Positions 37,602-48,214 of a stretch of 64,000 bases of DNA are shown one piece after another. Where the stretch lies: assembly GCA_046563655.1 (NCBI GenBank), contig CM102283.1, positions 5,828,001 to 5,892,000 of the forward strand. Direction: 5' to 3'. The stretch is from Yuukianura sp. NJ FZ-2021 (lineage: Eukaryota). The notes beneath the pieces are model-generated. The model did no database searches and was not told where the DNA came from. It saw only the letters and a list, made by a program, of their open reading frames with translations. The position numbers and the translations under genes are program-made. Each line of letters begins with the position of its first letter. Position 1 is the first letter of the stretch.

Positions 37602-37673
37602 GACTCTGTGGCGCAATGGTAGCGCGTCCGACTCCAGATCGGAAGGTTGTCAGTTCAAGTCCGGCCAGGGTCA
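37602..37673 (+). tRNA. tRNA-Trp(CCA), copy 2 (identical to copy 1)
   Basis: The same 72-nt sequence, followed by GGCTAA and a T-run terminator. Confidence 0.93.
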
Positions 37674-38700
37674 GGCTAATTTTTTATCGAATGTCGTCTC
37701 CACACTGCCAAATTTTTTGGCAAGTCATTTTCCGTATGTTTACCAAATGTCGACACTTCTGAAGATTCTAATTTAGAAACGCAATGATAAAGGCCAGGCA
37801 GCAGCTTGCCAAAGTAAAACAATATGGCTTCTAAATTCACCGTCTATAAAAACCGTACAAAAACGAAGATGTAGCGAAACGTGGTTGTTTATTTTAAACA
37901 TTTTCAAAATGGGCCCTGCCAAATACTGGATTTTAAAATTTCCATAGGTGCTAAACATCCCTTAGCTTTTAAGGTTAATAAACAGTTTCTGATACGAAGC
38001 TTTTGTTAATATGATTGTCCAAAAATGGAGACTCAACGTTACCGGGACTAATGCGAGACTTTTGGAATGTCAAGTTTCCCTACATTAACTTTATATTATA
38101 GTTGGTAACACCGCAAACCGTGAAAGTCTATAACTTTAGTTTAAGTTTTAACTCTAGTTTTAATCTAACTTTATAATAGCAGCATCCAGTCGCAATCACT
38201 TGCGCAGACTCCCATTACAAAGTCTGTTCTAAATTACTTAATTGTAAAACGTACTTCGACAGATGAGACACCTTTCATTTCAACTAGCATTTAAGTAACT
38301 AAAATTCCTACAGTTTTACAAACACTCAAAAGCGATTTGATTTTGAAATGCGATTTTGAAGGAACACAATCCTCGTCTGCCTCCCGTTTCCGCCCGTTCG
38401 CAAAGTTCCATTTTTGGGGTTCAAAGTTCCCGAGACACGTTTTGTTCGTAAGGTACAAATGAGTAATTAGCACTAAAGTTAATTAAACACGATTGTAATT
38501 CTCCATCCTAAAAATTAAGACAATGATGGCTATTCTGTGTGATGGTTCTCCGCTGCTTTCAGTTTTCTTTAGCATCTCCATAATTCCACTCGCGTATCAC
38601 ATTGTAGGAATCAAACCAGTTAACTGATCCTGTGCTATACCTGGAATCAAGGTCAAAGGTCAAATTCTTAAAACATTTCAAAACATTTTAACGAAACATT

Positions 38701-41700
38701 TCAGTGGACATTTACCAGCGAAGAAGTGCCGTAGAGCTTGTACCAGCCGATGACAATGTTGGACAAATCCAAGTCATCAAGCATAATTTGTGCCACGCCC
38801 ATAAATATTTTTCTCCCTTCGATTCTCCCATAGTCGCCCCAAACAGTTACCTTAAAACATTTCAAACAAGTCTTGAACATTTTTTTTTAAATTTCAAGAA
38901 AAGTTGTCGACTAATTTCCAAAATCTTCTCGAAAATCGGTAACGTGTTCCTACCTGGAGAATGCAACCTTGATATTTTTCTCGAAACGTAAGTTGTTGTT
39001 GGTAAAGTGGATCCAAGGTCCTTCTCGCCATGCCAGTCTTGGCCTTCGTCACGCATTTCTTCCCTTTGACCAAGTACACTTTGACGTAAGGAGCGGGCGT
39101 CAACTACAATGAAATAGCCAAAAAAAAATTTTTGGTTAATTGAAATTGTTTGACCTATACTTCCGTAGCAGGTGAAATGGCCAAAAAATATTTGCCCAAA
39201 AATGAAAAGGCCAGAATTCAAAAGACTTTTAGAATTCAGAAATTGAAAGGATGAAATAGGCCTTTTTTCTGGTCATTTCAGTTTTGGTCATATCACTTTT
39301 TGGCCAAGTTACATGAAATCTATATTTCTAGTTTGTATTTGGACATGTCTGACCTTTGTTCCTAGTTTAGCGACGAGTCCTCGAGCCCGAATGACCTCGA
39401 CCTCAAGATTTCCGCGACGATCTGCAAGGCTAAGCTGGACATCTCCGAGTGAAGGGGAGGCCAATGCTTGGCGACCTACGACCTGCCCAGGGCCCAGGCC
39501 TTCGATGAAGTCTGTGATTCTTCCTCCTTCGCTTGAACCGGCCAAACGAGGCAACCAACTGTCACCGCGGCAAACACAAAAATTAAAAACACAAAATTTA
39601 AATTTCTAATTCATTGCTGCTTTTAGTGTACAAGAGTCCAGGAATTATGCTTTTTTAGGCAGCCGAAACAACATCAAGGCAAGATGCACGGAAGTACTTT
39701 TGACCTCTGCGTTGGAGTGAGGAAAACCATACCCAGTCGGGTACGTTAATTTTTTTGAAATTGAGAGCCAACACTTAAAAAAGCATAATTCTGAATGATA
39801 GAGAGAGAAAATTGGAAAATGTCAAATTCAGGGTAAGTTTTTTGATTGTGTAAAGAGTAAATTTTGTTTGGTACAGGAAGTTATGATGGAAAAAATTTTG
39901 AAAAGGAAGAAAGTGACAACGAACGTCCCGAATTAGGTTGATTTTTGGAACATTATGGTAAATATGGAAGGCAGCACAAAGGTATTGAAGAGGTGTCATC
40001 GTGTCAAATGATGAACTTGACTACAACATACAGAGGTCATGGCAAGTATAGAAAAGCAAACAAGTGAATAAGGTAGAATATGGACATGCCACTTTGCCGT
40101 AACTAATTTCAAAAATTTCAAAATTCTGCACACTTTCAAAAATTTTCAAAACGTTCAACTACTCTTCAAAAAATGATTCTCGCCTTTCGCCTGCCTGTAA
40201 TCCAAGCCAGAAAAATTGAGCAACCTCGGCAGTACAAAAGCGTAACACGTACATGCGCATTGACTCCTTGGACCAAAGCACTTCTGCGTAAGTGCATGGA
40301 TGCTTCTTTTGACATGTATGACGACATTCACAGCAGACATTTAGTGACAGATTGAAAAGAAAGCAAGGAGACAGATGGAAGCGACACAGTGACATTGACA
40401 TTGAGCATGACAAGACGAAGAATAAGACGCTCACGTTGAGCCATCGGATGAGATGGAGTTGAGACTTCCAGTGCCATCGTCAGTGGACTCCTTCGAATTC
40501 TGTTTCACCAGCAAGTGACACCGACTCAGCCCTCCGTTCCCTTCTGCGCACATCCAAACACATAACCTTTGACCTTAAACTCTCCAATTGGAAAGCATTT
40601 CAACCCAACCAAACGTAAGGAGCAAACGAAGAAGGCAAATCAAATTGTAACAAACATACAGAAACAATTTCGCTCCCTCAATAACTTATTCCTCAACTTT
40701 TACACATAATAAACTGTCTATCGATTTTCAAAATGTCACTCTCACGTCCAGTACACAAATTTAGTCAACTCCTGGAAAGTTGGCGGGAATCAAGGTTCGT
40801 AAACAAGAAAATAGTTTTTTTCTTCAATAGGTTAGGCAATAAGTAGAACTTTTTAAATTTTGTTTAAAAATTAGCAATACTTGTTTCAAAGTGCCTTCCT
40901 ATGGCATTATGCCAATGATTTATATGTAATAAAATGGGATTGCCGGAAAATTAGCGGAAAAAATTGTTCGAGGCGGGATTTTTCGTAAACAGGGCTTATT
41001 GCCAAACCTTTTAAAGGAAAACTATTTCGTTGCTTATGGAACCTTGGCGGGAATCGTCAATCGTCAATCAGTTCTTGAGGACAAGGACATGACGGATGTT
41101 GGTCAGGAGTGGAGTTTGATTGTTAGTTGAATCGGTGATACCTGTCCGAAGTGTCCTGGGAGGCTGACATGTCTTCTGAGGAAAATGAGGACCCAGTGCC
41201 ACTTCTGGGCATGCGCAGATCGTCTGGCAACACTTCCTCACTCCGGTGAATCCCAATAACCCCTTTGCTTTTCCCAAACCCTATGCGTCTCTTTCGTCCT
41301 AAAGTTTTGTTCATAGTGAAAATATTCTCAATTTGCCCCTAAATTACATCTTTAGTCGCCAAATTCTACTTGAGTTGTAAAATGTAAATATCAAAGTCCT
41401 AAAACACTTTATAAGCAGTCACTCAAAAATTGTGGTTCAAAAAAATGAAATTTGGGTGAAGGTGTGAAAAGAAAATTGAAAATGTTACCGGTTGCTGAAA
41501 GTTGTGACGTTGAATTTGACTTTTTGTTAAGAGCTAAGTTTTGACCTAGAAGGCGTTGTGGTCCTACACTCATCCGGTGGGACCTCGGTCTCTCCCCACC
41601 ACCAACCGTCACTGCCGTGTCACTCAAACTTCCATCTGAAAATTATGAATGTTGACTTTGTACTTTCGAAATTTTCCAAAAAATGTTTATTGATTTCAAA

Positions 41701-44700
41701 ATTCAGAGAAAACTTACCAGCCTTTTCCTCTGGACCAGCCTCGGATGACAAGCTTCTTGTGCCCAGCGGTCGCCTTGGATGTCTCAACGTATATTCACTG
41801 CGGAGTTAGAAAAATATCATATTTGTCAAAAAATTTAAATTTTAGCGCTTTGTAATAAAAGTGAGCATTAGGCCGAAGCTGGACTGACAGTGAATGACCT
41901 AAGGTCAACTTTGTACAAGAAAGCAGCGATGTCGCTCTAGGGAGACATAAAGTCTATAACTTTGGTTATGCTTGGGGGCCTAAAAAGTGCAGACTGCGGA
42001 GTTGATTTTTAGAAAATGTCACTGAACCTTTGACCCTGCGTGAACTCTAAATTTGAGAAATTAGCCGCCGTGTCTTCCTCTCCCTCTTCATCTTCCGTCG
42101 ATTTTGAATCTCCCACACTTTCCTTACTTTGGCTTGTTCTTACCCTCGGGCTAACCACAATGAGGGACAAAGAGCCATTGTTTTACATTGAATTACCCCA
42201 TAACCCGTTGGAGAAGTGATGACCTTGACCTCTTACCTCATTCTGTTGGGGTTTTCACTCTGCGTCGAGAAGGCACTGGTGACACTCTCAATGTCGGAAT
42301 CCCCAGCAGCCCATTCGCGGTCAGGCGACAGTCGGCGCGTGGTTCTAAGGGCTGGTCCGGCTTCATTCTCGAGACTTGGGCCTCTGGAAGAATAAGAGGA
42401 AGATGCAGACAAGGACGACTGCATTCGGGCCTTCACCAACCTTGCTCGCTCATCGATATCCTACAAGTAAACGAATAAAATATACCATAATTTATAAATA
42501 TAACTTTATCTAATATTATCATAATGAGTTTGGGTTTTACCTGTGATAGTCTTTCTCTTGCTGGAGGAATGATCGGTAGTTGTCGTTTTTTCGGCGATCC
42601 TTGAGGTGTTGCTGGACCGGATCGGATTCCTCTCGGATACGAACCGCTGCTGGCCATTTCCGCTTGTTCCCGATCCGTTCTGCACTGTGGGAAGTAAGTC
42701 GTGGGCGTATTTCTCGGCAGTCCTTGAGGACTCCGCGGTCGAAACTGCTGAGAGGATCCAGGGATAGACGCCATATTCATGGAAGCTGCTCTCCGACCGG
42801 CCGATAACGGTTCACCTCTCATTCCCGGTTGAGATGTGTACGAATCCGAGTCAGACGCTACACGACGACTAATCAACGGAGCCCCACCTTCTCCTCGTCT
42901 TCGTCTTCCGTCTCCACCACCTCCATCATCCGGTGGTGGACTTGAGGAACTTGAAATGGAAGCAATTTCCAGCCGTCGTTCATAGTCTACTTCACTGATG
43001 TCAGAATCTGAAAGGCGGGAAGTGGTGGAGGGTGGAGAGAGGTGATCACCTCCAAGGGCAGCAGCCGATACACGGTCAGTTTCAAGGCTAAGTTGAGACC
43101 TGCGTTCGGTCGTTAGGAAGTGCCACTCGGGTTCGTCGTCCATTGGATTTGTGCTTAGTTCCAACGAAGTTTCGCCCAAGTAGTCTGCTGCTGTGCCTGA
43201 TGGATCTGAATCCCATACGGAAACTTGTAAAATTCGTCCGCGCAACTCCGAAAGCCGAATTGGAGCAAAGAGAAAACTTTGATTCCAGTACGGATCCCGG
43301 GTTTGAGAAATTGTCCGAGTCCTCCGCTTCCATTTCTCACTGAAAGAACAATATTTGGATCAAGATAAAAAAAATTACAGTAAAATTATGAAATTTTGAT
43401 TACAAATTTTGTAAATTCAAGATTTCCTTGCCTTCTGTCGGGTAAGAGGCACAATTTGGCGAAAGGACTCGGAACTCGTCCACGTCCTGACGGAAGATCA
43501 ACACCAGACAGTATGGATACACGAAGTTGAAGGAGAATTGGGTCAAACCAAATCCTAATTTGGACTTTGGGTTGTTGCACTGGTCCGAATTTGGGGAAGC
43601 GAGCTGGGTCAGGCGAAGTGGGGCTGGTCACGGTCACGCTTGGTCGACGCGGAGCTGACGATGAGGCGGGTTTTCCACGAATACTGAGTTGACTCATGGC
43701 ATTGCTGGCACCAAGGGCACTTCCGGTAGATCCGATCCCACCTCCACCTCCACTGTAGCTCCCTGCCCCACCACGGCCGCCTCGTCCAGGTCCCAGTGGA
43801 CGAGCCACTACTAGCTCCACTTGCGTATCTTGCTTCGACTCGGAAATAATCTGCTGCACTTTCGAATCGGGCAGATCAGCAAACGGTCTGGAAAGAAATC
43901 AAAAGTATAAAAATTAGCAAAAGAATTCTAAACTATTTTAAGTTGCAAAAAATTCAAAAGTATTTTAATTAAATCGCGGTTAATTTAATTAGTTTTACCT
44001 TCCGTTCCATTCGATTACTTCGTCACCAGGTCTTAATCTTCCAATTTGGTCTGCTATGGATCCCTTCTTAACTTTTTCTACTACGGCTCCTATCCGTCCT
44101 CCTTCCAGAAACTGTCCACCGAGTACTCGCAATCCCAAAACGTTTAGCGAAGCGCTTCCAGCGCCATCTCGAATTTCTTTTCTTAGAATCATGTAGCCCG
44201 TTTCCCGCGTTCCTTCTCGATTCCTCTGCCAAGATACTGGATGCTGTTTTCAAAAATTACAAAACAAAAATTCTAGTTAGGTTAATTTTTTACGCTTAAC
44301 AAATGTTTAGGGCTGCCGTCGTTCGTTTCGTTTCCGTATTTTTTTTCTAGAAACGGAAACGGAACGGTAGGCCGCAAAACGGCAAAGGAAACGGTTATAA
44401 AACAGATAAACAAAAACGGAACAAAAAAAAAACGATTTAAAAACGGTAAAACTGTTGACTGCATAAACAAAATTTCAAAAATTAGATTCCATCTTCTGCT
44501 TTCAAAAAGTCGTTCCAAATGAGGTCAAAATTGTTAGAATGTACTATCATTATTTGTAACGTTTACAAATCTTTTATTTGTAACGTATTATTTCTAATTT
44601 TCCAAAAACTCAGTTCGGGGTAGCGAAAAAATTGACATTTTCCTGGTTTTTCTGCTTTCCGTTTTTTTGACTCTTGTTTCCGTTTTGTTTTTTGGCGAAA

Positions 44701-46460
44701 ACGGTAACAAAACGAAAGGTACCGTTTCAAAAAATTGAAAAAACGAAAACGGAAAGTCCGTTTCGTTTCCCGTTTTGCACGGAAACGGTGGCAGCCCTAC
44801 AAATGTTCTTAAAGGTTCAACCTTTGTAGGAATAAGGTCACGATTTGAGTCTTCGCTGGATGTGAAGTTGGAGCAAGTATCAATGCCCGAGTCTCTGGTC
44901 GTTGAATCCTGCGAACTCTGTCTCTCCCCCGCCGTTCCAGTGTCTGTCGCTGATTGATCCCAGAGAAACCATTCGTCATCGTTTCGTCCACTTGGTCCAT
45001 CTCCAAAATCATCTGAATCAAATCGCACCGTTTTCTTTTGTCTCCGATCTGTGTAGCCTGCTCGTCGTCTCTCTGGTGGTGGAGTGGACATTGGTCCATA
45101 TCCACTTCCGTCTCCATGGTAATCCACCTCAACCCTCCTCAGACTTCTATAGGAAGACACTCCTGGTTCTTCAGTCGGAATTGGCCCACGAGGTCCCACC
45201 AACGGAGGCAGTGGACCAGTATCAAGTAGGTTCTGACTCAGAGCTCGACTCTTGTGATTTGAAAGTCCCGCTCGCCTCCTCCTGCCTTCAAACTCGTCTC
45301 CCGAGTCTGGCGTTGAGCGCAGTTCTTCTTCCGAAGAGCTCAGGGACCCTTGACCCAGACCAGAAGAATGTGGACGTTGCCTTGGAGATGAAGCAGATCC
45401 GGAACTATGATGCGGAGACACACGTGACCTGTAACTCTGCTCATCATGACCACCAGAGGCTAACTGTTTCGAAGTTAATTGATATTGGGAGTGTTTGGGT
45501 AGTACTGGAGGTTCCGGTTGGTAGTAGCGCCCTGATTGGTCACTAGCACTTGGGAACTGTTGGAGCTGAATGGGGAACGGGCGGGAGTAACTACCGGGAG
45601 GCTGGTGTGGCGGGAACTCTTGTTCTGATGGCAGAATTCCGACGTTATGGGGATACCCAAGTCCGTACTCCCGATCCCGGTACGTGGGTGGGTAATAGTC
45701 TTGTGTTTCTGTCGAAGAGGAACGTCGAAGGTGGTGCTGGAGGTGGGGATGGTGGTAAGTACCCCCTCTGCTCTCTTGACTGTACTGTCTCCGGAGAGAG
45801 GGTGTAGGCAGTTCCCGCCCGTGATTTTGAAGGCTGGAGGCCCTTTGAAGTGGTGGGGCAAAGCGAGACGGGGAAGTCTGAGGGGACGCTCCAAGGCTTC
45901 CCATTGGCCCGCGGTTTTCTTTTTCGGGGGTACTGCCGGAAGGGGGCGTGTTTATCCACTGTCCTGTTTTGATAAGTAGTTCCTGTTTCTTGCGACAAAG
46001 GATACAAACCCAAATGACCTTGGCAGAACGAAGTGTCACTTTACCACCACACCGAGCACAACACCGAATTCCACAGTAGGCGCAGACGTGTCCGATTCCA
46101 TCAGCAAATTTCGTTTTGAGACAAATTTGACAAGTGGCGTCGAGTCCAGCTCCAGCCTTGCGCTGCTGTTCACTTCGCTGTCGAATTGTTTCCTCCAGAA
46201 CTTTCACTTCGTCTGCTTTTCTTCTACAAAATTATGAAATAGTAAGGTTTTAAAATTTCAAAATTTCGAAATCCTAGGATAACTGTTAAAAATGAACCTG
46301 GATGAGTGACATACCTGACCAGTTCTGATTCTTTCTCTTCCTCCTGCTGTTGCCGCAGCATCACATTTTGGATGATCAGTTTCTCCTCGGCAGTGAGGTG
46401 TGACAAATCCGGAAGTGGAGGGAAGTCAGTAGGAATATTGGCCGAGGAAGTGCTTGCCAT
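38701..46460 (-). CDS. Rim: RIM (Rab3-interacting molecule / regulating synaptic membrane exocytosis protein)
   Basis: PDLSHLTAEEK Rab-binding helix, zinc finger CQICLKTKFADG..CCARCGG..WVCILCRKKQE, PDZ (LGLRVLGG..VKKGSIAD..LRPGDEVIEWNGR), C2A, PQGSPKKRQLP, and C2B (GLGPGQVVGRQALASP..PAPYVKVYL..VWGDYGR..GWYKL). The exact last exon is uncertain. Confidence 0.95.
40791..41046. mobile_element. P-element-like (or hAT) MITE in a RIM intron
   Basis: Imperfect 28-bp TIRs starting CAAGGTTC and a perfect 8-bp direct repeat GCGGGAAT at 40783-40790 and 41047-41054. Confidence 0.82.
44308..44799. mobile_element. hAT-like MITE in a RIM intron
   Basis: TIRs TAGGGCTGCC...GGCAGCCCTA, a perfect 8-bp direct repeat CAAATGTT at 44300-44307 and 44800-44807, and many subterminal AAACGG/CCGTTT repeats. 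Confidence 0.9.
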
Positions 46461-48214
46461 TGTTGAGGTCTAATGGTCCATCCCCCCGTTCGTCCGGAAG
46501 ACCACTGTTCGAATGGGGGCAGAAGGCAGGGGTCAATGACCTCAGAAGCACTCTGACAGTCCTCCCCCATCATGTGACAGAGGGCAGGAGAGAGGAACCA
46601 AAAATGAGCACTTCCATGTCCATCCAAAGTCACTGGCACGCATGTCAACTCTATAATATAGTTTATCTTCAACACTCACCACTGCTAAATCACAAACACT
46701 TCAAAACGTTTTTGAAACGAAAAGAACGTTTCCGAACTTTCCACTTTTTGAATCACTTGCACTTCGGAGCCTAAAATCTGTGTCGGTCAGGATTTAGGAA
46801 TCGGAATTTTTGAATTTTGAAACCTTTTGAAAACTGAAATTTTGAGAACTGATTCAACTAAATTCAAACCGATTCGAATACAATCTTGTTCCGATGGTGA
46901 GGATGAGATATGCTTCCACACGCAACTGAAACAAAGTTGCGTAGGTTCGGAAAGAAATGGATCTGAACTTTGAACTTTGATGAAGAGGAAAGGCACCGCG
47001 GGCGGTCCAGGCTGTCCGAAAAGTGATACCGTCGGAACGCTGTCACACACAACTCGATCAACTGCCGTTACCGTTTCAAATACCGTATCGGTATCTCTTT
47101 CAACTTCCGAACTCCGAATGACGACAGAAAACAAATTAGTGATTCGTGGCTACAGGAGGAAGACCAGAAATACTGCACAGACTACTCAACTCGTTCGCCT
47201 GACCTGTGCCGTTGTCCATGTTGTTGCTCTGCCTGTTCCTTTGACCTTGGATTGTTGGTCAGTGACCAATTTGTAGGTTACGAAGTATCGTGTAATGGTC
47301 GTAGGAGGTATTGGGGTGGCCAGTACGTTGATTCCTCGACTGCACCAACTTTCTCTGGGGGGTCTTTGACTGGGGCTGGTTTAGACGTTAAGTGAGGGAG
47401 AGCAGATTGCGCAGGGAGACAGCCTAGGCCTATGCATCAACTTTCTCCTCGTCTTGACGTCAGCCAAAAAGAATCGATTCTCCAGCGACGCTCTTTTGAC
47501 TGGAAGACTCCTCTCTTCCTTAGGTTGTAGGTAGCTTTCTCTGTCCCTGGACAGGAACAACCTTACAGGAGAGATCCTGTTCCAGGAATAATTCCAGGAA
47601 GGTGGATCCTTCAAGATGAGGGAGAAAGAGCACCCATCAGGTAATCATCAGACACAAACAAACAACTAAACACCTTTCTCCACTTTCTTCCTATACTCAA
47701 ATCATCATGAATTTAGACAGTGCTCAATCTCATATCCCCAGTCAACTACTCATGCCCACCATACTGAAAAAGGAATTCGGGTTTTTCACAAGTACATTTT
47801 GAAACAAAATGTAAAACCCTGGGATCCAACACAATCCAATGAATGAATGAAAGACTTCTCATCCCAAGTGGCTATTGCGCACATCGCACGAGTGCTTACG
47901 CTCTCGTCAACAGACACTGAAACCAGAGATGATGGTTGAGGTTGAGTAGGAGTCACGGGAATTCTAAAAAGCAGCAGACCGGAATGGTAAACTGACTCTG
48001 GAATTCAAAAAACTAGAAAAACAATCACGAACGTCACGGAGTCGAAAGAATCGTTTTAAAAAATCTGCCAACCAGATCGCGAAGAAATCTAAGGTGACTG
48101 TTTATTACTTATAAGAAATCTTTTATTTTGGTACAAAATAAAAGGAATCCTATCAACTTACAGTCGCCTCCGAACTTTCTTTCCTTAAACTTAAATTGTG
48201 TCCGTAAAAACTGT

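Noticed and set aside
38530-38641. Additional RIM terminal exon after an acceptor at about 38641
   Set aside because: In the phase set by the upstream donor it stops after one codon, so it cannot be distinguished from 3'UTR.
39110-39310. Degenerate GAAATGGCCAAAA / TTTGGCCATTTC repeats in a RIM intron
   Set aside because: Probably an old transposon relic, but no termini or TSD can be defined.
41906-41924. CAACTTTGTACAAGAAAGC resembles the lambda/Gateway att2 core
   Set aside because: It is isolated in a RIM intron with no flanking vector or phage sequence. Most likely coincidence; a UniVec screen would settle it.
41868-41983. TTA-GGCC...GGCC-TAA bounded segment as a PIF-like MITE
   Set aside because: The inverted match is too short and the flanking triplets are not identical.
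44902-46013. Long antisense or alternate-frame ORFs over RIM (also over the glypican, EF-1alpha and Cys/Pro genes)
   Set aside because: Shadow ORFs of GC-richer coding exons with no independent motifs or splice structure.
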